A stretch of DNA of 63,322 bases, the filler included, from Reclinomonas americana ATCC 50394 (Eukaryota), in the NCBI GenBank assembly GCA_048213135.1. It is 18 parts of 18 records of this genome, joined end to end, with 100 filler letters (N's around TTAATTAATTAA, not from the genome) between each part and the next. Parts side by side here need not be neighbours in the genome. Positions count along the whole stretch, not along the records: positions 33,727 to 38,981 come from AFZH01021852.1; positions 39,082 to 40,598 come from AFZH01021853.1; positions 40,699 to 44,011 come from AFZH01021855.1; positions 44,112 to 46,010 come from AFZH01021856.1; positions 46,111 to 47,370 come from AFZH01021857.1; 13 more parts are not named here. The stretch is one strand, 5' to 3'. The notes below the pieces were generated by a model. It made no database searches and had not been told where the DNA came from. It worked only from the letters and a program-made list of their open reading frames with translations. Shown piece after piece: positions 35,737 through 47,200 of this stretch. The translations under genes were made by a program, and so were the position numbers. Position 1 is the stretch's first letter. Each line of letters begins with the position of its first letter.

Positions 35737-38554
35737 ATGCCGTCTTTGGTCGCCGAATCTCACGCGGAGGTGTTGCCCTCGGCTGATGTTGCGTGCCTCT
35801 CTCTCACACACACACACACACACACATTCTCTCCTTATCTCCGTCGCACACACGCAACACACACACATGTTTTTTCGCGAGATGAAAGTGCATTCTCAAC
35901 TCCGCATATAGGTGCCGAAGCACTTGTGGAGGATACACGGGAAGCACTATGACATGAGCGACTTTGTGAGCTCGCACCCGGGCGGAGAGGAGTTCATCGT
36001 GCTCGGCAAAGGTAAGAAGAGAGCAATCATTACACTCTGCACAATGTATTGTCTGACTTGGGTGTCGTTGTTTGTGTGTTAGGCCGTGACTGCACGGAGT
36101 TGTTTGAGAGTGTGCACGCGCTGGCGAATAAGAACGTGGCCGCCATTCTCTCCAAGTACGAGGTCAAGGAGGTGGCTGCGGAGAGTTGCGTCCCCTCGTG
36201 TGCGTGCGCATAAGATTCTCCACTGTCCGTGATTGTAACTTTTCTCGCTGCCGCCACCAACAGAGGACATGTTCTCGTGGGAGGAGAATGGATTCTATCG
36301 TACCCTGCAGCGTCGTGTGCGTGCGTACTTTGCGCATGGCCAGCCGGCGGGCGTCGTTGGCAACTACAAGGCTACGCTCTTGTTTTGGACCAAGGTGGCG
36401 GTGATGGCCGTCATGTGGGCCTACTGTGTGGTGTACGGCGTCATTCTGGAGGGCTGCTGGTGGAAGGCGCTGCTGGCGGGCTTTTTCATCGAGTCCGTGG
36501 GCTTCAAGTTGCGTGCGTTTCTCATCTCCGTCAACCCCTTTATGGCTATTGAAGAATCTGCCGGACATGGCGGATTCTCACTGGTTTCTCCCCCTCCTTT
36601 CCCCGTACCTCGTGCCTGAACTCCGTTCCTCATACAGCCTGATGCACGATGGCTCGCACGGCGCAATCTCCAAGGACGCCGCTCTCAACCGCGCCGGCAT
36701 GTACTGGGGCAACATGGCGCTGTGGGACGAGTGGCTGTGGCTGACGCACCACGTGTACGGCCACCACTCGTACACGGGCGTCAATCGCCGCGATCCCGAC
36801 CTCAACAACGCCAAGGCCTTTTTGCGCAAGCACCCCGAAGGCCGCTGGAAGAGCATCCTGCGCTACCAGCACCTCTACGTGTGGCTGGTGCTGATGGTGT
36901 TCCCCAACCAGCACATTGGCCAGAGCATCCAGTACGTCATTGGTGCCTACCGCCGCCGCCTCTTTGGCGTGCCACTGGTGCACCAGCGCCCGCTCAAGTC
37001 CTCCAAAATCATCTTCCTCTCGCTGTGCGCCGCCAGCCTCACCGCCTACCTCCTCCTACCCATGTATCTGCACGGATTCTGGACGGGCGTCATTTGCAAC
37101 TGGTGCGTGTGGACGGCCGCCGGCGCCACCTACTTTATGACGGTGGCGCCGAACCACGACTCGCCCGAGTCGGCCATTCACAATGTGCCGCACCCGAAGG
37201 CCGGCGAGCGGGTCGATTGGGGGGAGCAGCAGGTGCGCTGCTCCGGCAATCACTCGACGGAGACCAGTAATCCGGTGAACTGGCTCATCACGCAGGTGTT
37301 TGGGGGGATGAATTTCCAGGTCTGTAAGGGGGAATGGTAATTAGGGGAAGGGGGAGGGGGGGAAGGGGGGAGGGGGGGAGGGGAGGATTAGGGGAGGGAG
37401 GTTGCTAGGCGTGTTCGTTAACACCGTGATCTGTGCTCTCTTAATTTCTTCTATGGGTCGGATTGACCTTTCCTCTCTTTTCTTCGACTTTGAGGTTCTC
37501 GTTAATCTTTTCTGATGATCATGCTGCGTTGGCATTGTCTGTGTGAGATTGATTGCCGACTGCTCGTTGTTGGGCTGTATTCATTGGAAAGTTGTTTCTG
37601 CTTATGAGTGTGAGTGTGTGTGCTGCTGTTTTCTGTCACGCTGTGCTCTGTCTTCCTATATTCTGGGTCTCTTAGTTTAGTGCTCGTGGTCGAAGACTGC
37701 GACCCGTTCTGCTTCACGCTCTGTCTCCGTATGTGTGGATTCTCAGTTCTTCGTCGGGATGTTGTCTCCTCGCTGTCATTGTTCGTTGTCGACGACTGTC
37801 TTGCGTTCAACTTCACGCACTGCCTGCTTCCGTGTCGCTTGCTCTTTTGGATTCTCTGTCTCCTCTCTGCTTGTGTCACTCGGTTACTGTTCACTGTCGA
37901 AGGCGGTGTTGCACTGTACTTCAATCTCTTTCTGCTTTGGGGTCTCTGATATTCGTCGGGCTGTTGTCTCCTCTCTGCCGTCATTGTTCGTTGTCAAAGA
38001 CTCTCTTGCGTTCATCTTCACGCACTGTCTGGTTCCGTGTTGAGTGCTCTTCGTTGGATTCTCTGTTGCCTCTCTGCTTGTGTCACTCGGTTACTGCTCA
38101 CTGTCGAAGGCGGTGTTACATTTGAATGCTCTCTCTGCTTCGGGGTCTCTGTTCTTCGTCGGGCTGTTGTCTCCTCTCTGCCGTGCTTCGTAGTCATTGT
38201 TCGTTTTTAAAGACTGTGTTGCATTCTGCTTCACACACTGTCTGCTTCCATGTGGGTTGCTTGTCGGTGAAGTCTGCGCTCATCTCGATTCCACTCCTTC
38301 TCCCTTTCCCCTCCCCCTCCCCCTTCTCCCACTCCCTCCCTCTTCCCCTTCTCCCCCTTCTCCCCTTCTCACAGATCGAGCACCACCTGTTCCCCTCGGT
38401 AAACAACGTGCACTTCCCCGCCCTCTCCAAGATCGTCAAGGACACGGCGCGCGAGTTCGACATTCCCTACAACTGCAAGCCGACCTGGTTCGCCGCCATG
38501 AAGTCCTACTACACCCTGCTGCGCCAGATGGGCCGCAAGGAGCACTCAGAGTAG
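35737..38554 (+). CDS. Cytochrome b5-fused front-end fatty acid desaturase (delta5/delta6-like)
   Basis: HPGG heme motif (YDMSDFVSSHPGG, GRDCTELFESVH); His boxes HDGSH, HHVYGHH and QIEHHLFP, the last spliced across intron approx. 37320-38373. Confidence 0.93.
37690..38250 (+). repeat. Intronic degenerate tandem repeat in the desaturase gene
   Basis: Recurring CTCTGCTTGTGTCACTCGGTTACTG..CACTGTCGAAGGCGGTGTT and TTCGTCGGGCTGTTGTCTCCTC. Confidence 0.75.
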
Positions 38555-38626
38555 AAACGTCGAGAGAAGAACGAACGGAAAAGTGAAATCAATGTGTCTG
38601 CGAGTCCTGCTGCGAAGAAAACACGA

Positions 38627-40478
38627 ATGTCATTCAAGCAGGTGCGCGCAGGCAACTCGCTCACGTGTCAAGCATCTCTCTCTCTCTCTCTCTCAGTTGC
38701 TCACTCATTGTGTGTTTGCATGTCAGACACAAGCATTGCCAGTGGCCACTCTGAGTGAGCCTCCCGATTTCAGTGTTCCTCCGGCCACTGCAGAGGAGTA
38801 CTTGGCGCGTGTGAGGTGAGGCAGTGAGAGAGAGGAAGGGAAAGGGGAGAAGGGAATGGAAGGGAAGGGAGAGAGAGAGAAAGAGAGAGAGAGAGTGCGT
38901 GTGAGAGCGAGAGAGACAGCAGTGAGAGAGGGAGAGAGAGAGAGAGAGAGAGAGGAGGACGGACAAGAGAGACGAGTGTGGNNNNNNNNNNNNNNNNNNN
39001 NNNNNNNNNNNNNNNNNNNNNNNNNTTAATTAATTAANNNNNNNNNNNNNNNNNNNNNNNNNNNNNNNNNNNNNNNNNNNNAGAGACAACGTGAGACAGA
39101 AAAGCAAAGGAGTCTGCAGTGACAAAGAGGGAAGTAGGAGAGGAGAGAAGAGGCTGTCTTGCAGCATGCTTCTCGTTGACAGGGACACAGAGAGAATGAA
39201 AGTGCGAGCAAGGGGAGGAATGCATAGCGGAGGTAAGTGCAAACTAGGGAGCATTGAAGGGCAAACAGAGACAACAGAGGGTTGTAAAGCAGCGAAGAAG
39301 AAAGAAAGAGAGAGAAAGAGAGAGAGGGGACTGTAGTCTGCCGTCTATCTCCGTTCTGTGCCCTTGCGCTCTCTCCTACTCTTTTCCCCTCTGCGTCTCA
39401 CTGTCTCCCCTGCTCCACAAAAGACAGATAGACACGTGACCACAGTGAAGGTTGACTCAGAGACCGAGTCAGACAGAGAGTGATGCAAGGGACAAGGAGC
39501 GAGACATACATCGACCAACTGAGAGAAGAGCGAGTGACATGCAACCAGAGAAACAACGGATTGCCTTCATTCGAGCCACTCTGCTTCAGTCTCCCTCCCT
39601 CTCCCCCTCCCTTCCCTCACCCCTCCCTTCCCTTCCCTCACCCCTCCCTCACCCTTCTCCCCCCCTCCCCCACCCTCAGATGGGAGGCCGCTCAACACCC
39701 GGCAATCATGACGGCGCTGGACGTCGACCCGCGCGCCTACGACCACCTGCAGACGCGCACCCTGCCTGCACACTCCCTCGCGCTTCCCACCGTCAGGTCT
39801 TCCCCCTCCTCTCTTTTTTGCGTTTTACTCTCGTCGATCTCACCACACAGCGCACCCAGGCACACACGGCTCCAACCGAGACCCACCTGGCAGCGCCACT
39901 TTGCCGCCTCATTCGGCGAGACACGCGCCTGGCTCTCCTCCGTGCAAGAAAGCAGGCGACCCCCTGCATCTTCCTCTTCCACCCCTCGACGACCGGTGGC
40001 ACGACACGCCGAGCGCTGGTCGACGTACTGCACGCAGGTGCCGCCCTCCACCTCGGCCGTGCTGGCCCTGGACCAGGTCGACATTCGCGCCCTGGTCGAG
40101 ATCATTCGCGAGAAACTCGAGCAGGTGCTCTCGTCGCTCTCCGCCCCCGCGGAAACCGAGCGCACACAGCTCGACGTGGAGGCCGACGAGGCCGCCGACG
40201 CGCAACTGCAGCGCCTCGGCGCCTGGGTGTTCTCCATTTGTGCACGCCTCGACCTGCCACTCGACGACGACACCTCAGCCGCCCTCCGCTCCCTCCTCCG
40301 CTCCGCCCTCCTCGCCCGCGACGCACTCGCCGACTCCTTCTCCGAGAACCCACACGAGGACAACCCACGACTCGCCGCACTCAACATTATCATCACACTC
40401 ACCGGCATCTACTTTGCACAACTCGATCCCGACGTTCCGCTGCCCGCCTACGCCCCCTCGTCCTCGCGTACACTGTAA
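38627..40478 (+). CDS. GEMIN2: Gemin2 / SMN-interacting protein 1 (spans a linker)
   Basis: QALPV...PPATAEEYLARVR|WEAAQHP, W..HF...F...R, LGAWVFSICARLDLPL...ALRSLLR, LNIIITLTGIYFAQLD. Confidence 0.88.
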
Positions 40479-40503
40479 TTACGTAATAAATAAAACCGCA
40501 ACA

Positions 40504-40598
40504 ATGGAGGAGCCATCGCCACCGCCCTCGCCCACCTCCATCTCGCTGCTGCAGGAGGCCACGCAGCTGTACGAGGCCGGCGACTACGATGCCGCCGA
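40504..40598 (+). CDS. 5' fragment of a probable TPR-like protein, truncated by gap
   Basis: MEEPSPPPSPTSISLLQEATQLYEAGDYDAA has a TPR helix-A pattern. A possible last exon lies at approx. 41012-41048. Confidence 0.45.
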
Positions 40599-40706
40599 NN
40601 NNNNNNNNNNNNNNNNNNNNNNNNNNNNNNNNNNNNNNNNNNTTAATTAATTAANNNNNNNNNNNNNNNNNNNNNNNNNNNNNNNNNNNNNNNNNNNNCA
40701 CACACA

Positions 40707-40765
<59 letters not shown>

Positions 40766-41401
40766 CCTTCACAGACGCGTGCACTGTCACTGCGCATCTC
40801 AATCACTCATCATCACAGCACCCTTCCTCTCTCTCACACACACACTCTCCCCCTCGCTCTCTCTCTCTCTCTCTCATTCCCACTCTCCTCCTCTCTCTCC
40901 CTGTCACACAACATGTCACTCACCGACTCGCCAAACAACTGCCCCGTCGGCTCATTGTAATGCTCCGCGTGATGCCCTCCACCTCCACCTCCCCTCCGCA
41001 CACCGCGCGCAGTCACTCGTCGAAAAACTCGGCTCGCAGCGTTCATAAGAGAGAGAGACACGCACGCAGCAATCCGTCGACTGGCAATCCGCTCATTTTA
41101 CTTCAATCGCGCCACGCGGTGCGCGAGATGAGTGTCGTTGCGTGTCGCCGTGTTGTATAGCATGTGCAGTTCATATCCATGTGCTTTGCATGTGAAAACA
41201 GTGCCAGCATCGCGATCAAAGTCACATGCATTCGTCGACTGGGAATCCGCTCACTTTTGCTTCAATCACGCCACGAGGTGCACGAGTCGAGTGTTGTGTG
41301 TCGCAACGTGTGCATTCACGATCCACGTGCTTACAGTGCCATTATCGCCATCAACGTAGCTTGCATTCGTCGTCTGTCGACTTGCTCAAGTAGCCTCTTT
41401 C

Positions 41402-42499
41402 ATGTCATCAACTCCTCGCCCAATCTTCCTCTGCCGGCACGTCTTGAATGGACACAGCGACTGGGTGCATTGCGTTGCTCTCACTCCCGATGGTCAGCAT
41501 GTGGTGAGTGGCAGTGGAGACAACACAGTGCGTGTGTGGTCACTGGCAACTGGTGAGGAATTGCGACGGTTGGAGGGGCACTTCAGATCAGTGAGCTCTG
41601 TCGCGGTCGCTCCCGATGGTCAGCTCGTCGTGAGCGGGAGCTATGACAAGACTCTGCGAGTGTGGTCGCTGGCGAGTGGAGAAGAAGTGCGACGGTTGCT
41701 GGGGCATATCTGGGCGGTGCTCTGTGTGGCCATCACACCCGATGGTCAGCACGTCGTGAGTGCGAGTATGGACAAGACCGTGCGCGTGTGGTTTCTCGCA
41801 ACTGGAGAGGAAGTGCGACAACTGAGGGGACACGCTCACTGGGTGCACTCTGTCGCAGTCACTCCCGATGGCCAGCACGTCGTGAGCGCAAGTAATGACC
41901 TCACAGTTCGTGTGTGGTCGCTGGAGAGTGGCGAGGTGGTGCGACACCTTGAAAGGCACCCTATGTTGATGGGGTCTGTCGCCATCTCTCCCGATGGTCA
42001 GCACATGGTGAGCGGGAGTCATGACTGCACAATTGTTGAGTGGTCACTGGCGAGTGGGAAAAAAGTACGACGGCTGCGGGAGCACGACGATGTTGTGCGT
42101 TCTGTCGCCATCACTCCCGACGGCAAGCACGTTGTGAGTGGGAGTTACGACAAGACTGTGCGAGTGTGGCCGCTAGGAAGTGGCGAGGAAGTGCAACAAT
42201 TGGAGGGACACGCTGGGCGGATGTTCTCTGTCGCTGTCTCTCCCGACTGTCAGCACATCGTAAGTGGGAACGATGACAACACAATCCGAGTGTGGTCCAC
42301 TCCATGCGGCCTCGCTCAGCTGGAGCTCTTCACAGCACGCTTGGCCATGCAGGCAGTGCGCGAAATGCAGCTGCAAGAGCAGGAGGAGGAAGAGACGGAC
42401 TCTCGGTGCTTGCCAGAGATGGTGTTGCGCTGCTTCATGGTGGAGGAGGCGGCAGTTGTGGTGCATCGATCGTTTGCCGACCCGGAGTTGCATCTGTGA
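41402..42499 (+). CDS. Intronless 7-repeat WD40 protein with conserved C-terminal tail, copy 1
   Basis: 365-aa ORF with seven GH...VAVTPDGQHVVSGSxDxTVRVW repeats and tail STPCGLAQLELFTAR...DSRCLPEMVLRCF...HRSFADPELHL. Confidence 0.95.
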   Translation: MSSTPRPIFLCRHVLNGHSDWVHCVALTPDGQHVVSGSGDNTVRVWSLATGEELRRLEGHFRSVSSVAVAPDGQLVVSGSYDKTLRVWSLASGEEVRRLLGHIWAVLCVAITPDGQHVVSASMDKTVRVWFLATGEEVRQLRGHAHWVHSVAVTPDGQHVVSASNDLTVRVWSLESGEVVRHLERHPMLMGSVAISPDGQHMVSGSHDCTIVEWSLASGKKVRRLREHDDVVRSVAITPDGKHVVSGSYDKTVRVWPLGSGEEVQQLEGHAGRMFSVAVSPDCQHIVSGNDDNTIRVWSTPCGLAQLELFTARLAMQAVREMQLQEQEEEETDSRCLPEMVLRCFMVEEAAVVVHRSFADPELHL

Positions 42500-42840
42500 G
42501 CTGGTGCTTCAATGTAAGCTTCTGTCACGTGTGCTATCCCCTTTTTTCCTTCCTCTTCTCTCGCTTTACTGCAGTCTCTCCTGAGAATGAATTCGAAATG
42601 AGTGCGACTATTCGACGTCGGGACTTCTTTGCACGCCCCCAAAGGCAGTTGCTCTTCATGCTTCTTTTGCATGCATCCCTGACTGTATTGCAATCTTTCA
42701 TAGACCAGCCAGCAGGAGCGAGGTGGGAGACAACGCGGGAAAAGAGAAGCAGTACGTAGGACACACAGTTTTTCTCTCATATCATTCTCTCTCTCACTCA
42801 CACACACCTTCCGTCTCTATCTCTCTCTCTCACGAAAGCG

Positions 42841-43941
42841 ATGTCAACGTCACCTCGCCCAATCTTCCTCTGCCAGCGCGTCTTGAAGGGACACAGCGAC
42901 TGGGTACAGTGCGTTGCTCTCACTCCCGATGGTCAGCATGTGGTGAGTGGGAGCGGGGACAAGACAATGCGAGTGTGGTCAATGGCGAGTGGAGAGGAAG
43001 TGCGACGACTGGAGGGACACACGGGTTGGGTGTTCGATGTCGCCGTCACCCCCGATGGCCAGCATGTTGTGAGCGTGGATGGGAGCAAGTACAAGACAGT
43101 GCGAGTGTGGTCGCTGGAGAGTGGGGGACAGGTGCGATTGTGGGAGGGACACTATGATGCAGTCAACTCTGTTGTCGTCACTCCCGATGGACAGCACATT
43201 GTTAGTGGGGGAGATGACCACACTGTGCGAGTGTGGTCACTGGCGAGTGGCGAGGAGGTGCGACGGCTCGAAGGGCACACCTGGTCAGTGAATTCTATTG
43301 TCGTCACGCCCGATGGTCAGCACGTGGTCAGTGGAAGCTGGGACATGACCGTGCGATTGTGGTCACTGGCGAGTGGCGAGGAGATTCGGCGACTGGAGGG
43401 ACACACCAGGTCCGTGGAGTCCGTTGCCGTCACTCCCGATGGTCAGCACATCGTGAGTGGCAGCAGAGACTGCACAGTGCGTGTGTGGTCTCTCGCGGGT
43501 GGCGAGGAGGTGCGACGGCTGGGGGAGCACGATGATATCGTGTATTCTGTCGCCATCACTCCCGACGGCAAGCACGTCGTGAGTGGTAGTTACGACAAGA
43601 CTGTGCGAGTGTGGTCACTGACGAGCGGTGAGGAAGTGCGACGACTGAAGGGACACGCTAAAGAGGTCTTGTGTGTTGCCGTCTCTTCCGATGGGCAACA
43701 CATCGTCAGTGGCAGTGGGGACAACAAGATCCGTGTGTGGTCCACTCCATGCGGCCTCGCTCAGCTGGAGCTCTTCACAGCACGCTTGGCCATGCAGGCA
43801 GTGCGGGAAATGCAGCAGGAAGAGGAGGAGGAAGAGACGGACTCCCGATGCCTGCCTGAGATGGTGTTGCGCTGCTTCATTGTCGAGGAGGCGGCTGTTG
43901 TGGTGCATCGATCGTTTGCCGACCCGGAGTTGCTTCTGTGA
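42841..43941 (+). CDS. Intronless 7-repeat WD40 protein, copy 2
   Basis: 366-aa ORF, same architecture and tail as copy 1. Confidence 0.95.
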   Translation: MSTSPRPIFLCQRVLKGHSDWVQCVALTPDGQHVVSGSGDKTMRVWSMASGEEVRRLEGHTGWVFDVAVTPDGQHVVSVDGSKYKTVRVWSLESGGQVRLWEGHYDAVNSVVVTPDGQHIVSGGDDHTVRVWSLASGEEVRRLEGHTWSVNSIVVTPDGQHVVSGSWDMTVRLWSLASGEEIRRLEGHTRSVESVAVTPDGQHIVSGSRDCTVRVWSLAGGEEVRRLGEHDDIVYSVAITPDGKHVVSGSYDKTVRVWSLTSGEEVRRLKGHAKEVLCVAVSSDGQHIVSGSGDNKIRVWSTPCGLAQLELFTARLAMQAVREMQQEEEEEETDSRCLPEMVLRCFIVEEAAVVVHRSFADPELLL

Positions 43942-44117
43942 GCTGGGACTTAATTGTAAGCTTCTGTCACTTGTGCTATCCCCTTCTTTCCTTCCTCTTC
44001 TCTCGCTTGCCNNNNNNNNNNNNNNNNNNNNNNNNNNNNNNNNNNNNNNNNNNNNTTAATTAATTAANNNNNNNNNNNNNNNNNNNNNNNNNNNNNNNNN
44101 NNNNNNNNNNNTACCGT

Positions 44118-44906
44118 GATGCAGTCAACTCTGTAGTCGTCACTCCTGACGGGCAGTATGTTGTCAGCGGGTGTTTAGACAAGACCGTGCGCGTGTGGTC
44201 ACTTGCGAGTGGCAAGGAAGTGCGACGGTGTAGAAGGCACACTGACTGGGTAATGTCTGTGGCTGTCACTCCCGATGGCCAGCACGTGGTGAGTGGAAGC
44301 TGGGACAAGACAGTGCGAGTGTGGTCACTCGCGACTGGAAAAGAGGTGCGACGGCTGGAGGGACACACCGGGTCCGTGGAGTCTGTTGCCGTCACTCCCG
44401 ATGGTCAGCACATCGTGAGTGGCAGCAGGGACTGCACAGTGCGGGTATGGTCATTGACGACTGGCGAGGAGGTGCGACGGCTGGAGGGGCACGGCGATAT
44501 CGTGTTTTCTGTCGTCGTCACTCCCAACAGTCGGTATATTATCAGTGGGAGTCGCGACCAGACAGTGGGGGTGTGGTCACTGGAGAGCGGTGAGGAAGTT
44601 CGACGACTGAAGGGACACGCTAGAGAGGTCTTGTGTGTTGCCGTCACTCCCGATGGTCAACACATCGTCAGCGGGAGCAAGGACAACAAGATCCGCGTGT
44701 GGTCCACTCCATGCGGCCTCGCTCAGCTGGAGCTCTTCACAGCGCGCTTGGCCATGCGGGCAGTGCGCGAGATGCAGCAGCAGAAGGAGGAGGAAGAAGA
44801 GCCGGACTCTCGGTGCTTGCCAGAGATGGTGTTGCGCTGCTTCATGGTGGAGGAGGCGGCTGTCGTGGTACATCGATCTTTCGCTGACACCGAGTTGCAT
44901 CTGTGA
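44118..44906 (+). CDS. Intronless WD40 protein, copy 3 (5' part lost in gap)
   Basis: Frame is open from the contig edge (DAVNSVVVTPDGQYVVSG...); five repeats plus tail are visible. Confidence 0.92.
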   Translation, partial: DAVNSVVVTPDGQYVVSGCLDKTVRVWSLASGKEVRRCRRHTDWVMSVAVTPDGQHVVSGSWDKTVRVWSLATGKEVRRLEGHTGSVESVAVTPDGQHIVSGSRDCTVRVWSLTTGEEVRRLEGHGDIVFSVVVTPNSRYIISGSRDQTVGVWSLESGEEVRRLKGHAREVLCVAVTPDGQHIVSGSKDNKIRVWSTPCGLAQLELFTARLAMRAVREMQQQKEEEEEPDSRCLPEMVLRCFMVEEAAVVVHRSFADTELHL

Positions 44907-45428
44907 GGCACAGCCATGGGAGGACAGAGCTTTCAACTCCTCTCTCGGGTGCTTTCCTCCTCTTCTCTTTCTCTGTATCGTCTCTCGTGAACGACGGTCG
45001 ATGAAATGAGTGACTGCTCGACGTCGGAACTTCGCTGCACTCCTAGACAAGCACAGGTGCCTTCCGCTCTCCTTTTCCATACGCCCTGGACTGCTATTGC
45101 GTTCAGTCATAAGCCAGCAATATGTCGAGCTCGCGATCGAGCTCGAGTGCATGCAATTGGGGAATTCGAATAAATCGATATTGCAAGACATGTACAGCAT
45201 TCACTTCAATCGCACTCCGTGATATCCACCGCTTCCTGCTGCCCACATGCACAGTGCACAGTCAACGCTGTTGCTTAGTTTAGTTAGTTGCCATGCACTG
45301 CATCCATCCATCGGCGATCCATCCACATAACTTCAATCGCGCAACGTTGTGTACGCACGTTCGTGCCTCGCGCCTCCTTCCTCGCTCCCCTGTTGCTCAC
45401 TACTCTCTCACACACAAACAGAAAAGAA

Positions 45429-47097
45429 ATGAGCGACGCTGTGAGTGCTGTGCTCGGATCTCGCCGCAATCGGTACACCAAGGACGCGGTGGAGCCACTG
45501 GAGAATGCAGTGCGCGCCAAGTGCAATGCCGGCGAGGCGTCGGTTGATCTGAATGTGGCGCTGTTGAGGTTGTATGAGGTGTGTGCGGAGAGAGGGGAGA
45601 AGAAGGGGGCGAGTGACATGGACATGTCGTCGTGAGTCATGGACACACGCGCTCGTGTGTGTGTGCGCCCACTCTCTCTTTGTGGAGTGTGTGTGCTGCG
45701 CGCAGTGAGAGGGGAGAGAGAGAGAGGGAGAGTGCTGCTTGTGTGGGGTGGTCAGCGTGTTCAATTTCGGCTTCACAGAGAGAGAGAGAGAGAGAGAGAG
45801 GGTGACAAGAAGAGTGTGAGAGACAGCACGTAAGGCTGCATTCCTGCAAGTCTGTGCTCGTGTTTGTGTTTCCATGTATCGTGCAGCCAGAGACAGAGAG
45901 AGAGTGAGTGAGAGAGAAGAGAGAGAGAGATGAGAGATGGGAGGAGAAGGATAGAAGAAGGGAGAGAGACTTGCCTGAGACAAAGACGCAAGGATGTTCT
46001 TTTGCAGCACNNNNNNNNNNNNNNNNNNNNNNNNNNNNNNNNNNNNNNNNNNNNTTAATTAATTAANNNNNNNNNNNNNNNNNNNNNNNNNNNNNNNNNN
46101 NNNNNNNNNNTTTGCCTCTCCTGTGGTTCTGTCTTCGCCGTTTTCAGCCTCTTGTCGTGCCTGTGGTGTTTCTCTTCATTGAGCTTCGTGCCGTGCTGTC
46201 TTGCGGTGCGATAGTCTGTGGTGTATCTCTCTCTCCTCTTGCTTGCCGTGCGCATGCTGTATTGTTTGTCTTCGTTGACCTATATTCGTGTCATTCGTTA
46301 CCCCCTGCATCGCATCGCACCACGCGACAGACCACCCTTTCCCTGTTCCCCCTTCTCCTCTCACCCACCCTTTCCCTTTGCCCCCTTCCCCTCTCACCCA
46401 CCCTTTCCCTTTGCCCCCTTCCCCTCTCACCCACCGTTTCCCTTTGCCCCATTCTCCTCTCGCCCACCCTTTCCCTTTGCCCCCTTCTCCTCTCACCCAC
46501 CCTTTCTCTTTGCCCCTTCTCCTCTCACCCACCCTTTCCCTTTGCCCCCTTCTCCTCTCGCCCACCCTTTCCCTTTGCCCCCCTCTCCTCTCACCCACCC
46601 TTTCCCTTTGCCCCTTCTCCCTCACCCACTCTTTCCCTTTGCCCCCCTCTCCTCTCGCCAACCCTTTCCCTTTGCCCCCTTCTCCTCTCACCCACCCTTT
46701 CCCTTTGCCCCCTCCTCCCCTCACCCACCCTTTCCCTTTGCCCCCCTTTTTCTTTCCCCCCTTCTCCTCTCTCACCCACCCTTTGCCTCCACGCAGACAT
46801 CTTCCAAACCGTCTCGCAGACCTACCAACGCCTCCAACGCACCCTGCTGGAGGAGTACCTGAACCTGACGGGCGCCGCCTTTGCCGATTTCATCACCGCC
46901 GCCGGCTGCACACTGGTCGACGACGACGTCAGACTGTCACTCAACTCGGAGAACCAACACAAGCCACGCGCCGCACCCAGCACACTCCAATTCGATCGTT
47001 GCGTTCCCCTTTCTCAATCGACGTCATCAATGTCCTGCTCACGCTGACCTTCGCCACAGAATTGACACGAGTGCTGGGCGCTGCTGTCAGTCGCTAA
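45429..47097 (+). CDS. EIF3K: Translation initiation factor 3 subunit K (middle exons in gap)
   Basis: NRYTKDAVEPLENAV...DLNVALLRLYE, then IFQTVSQTYQRL...YLNL...NSENQHKP...LQFDQLTRVL. Confidence 0.85.
46332..46785 (+). repeat. Approx. 33-bp minisatellite (CCCTTTCCCTTTGCCCCCTTCTCCTCTCACCCA)n in eIF3k intron
   Basis: About 13 near-identical tandem copies. Confidence 0.9.
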
Positions 47098-47200
47098 AAC
47101 ACACTGTAGACACGGAAAGAAGCAAGAAAGAGAAAAGCGAAACGAGTGAAAGATGCACATATGCGACGTTCAGGACGCATCTGTATCAAACGAGCTCGAA

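Noticed and set aside
41402..44906. Bacterial contamination as the source of the intronless WD40 genes
   Set aside because: Copies share contigs with spliced eukaryotic genes (eIF3k, RidA, TPR, gnd) and have the host's CT/CA microsatellite flanks. Ancient horizontal origin remains possible.
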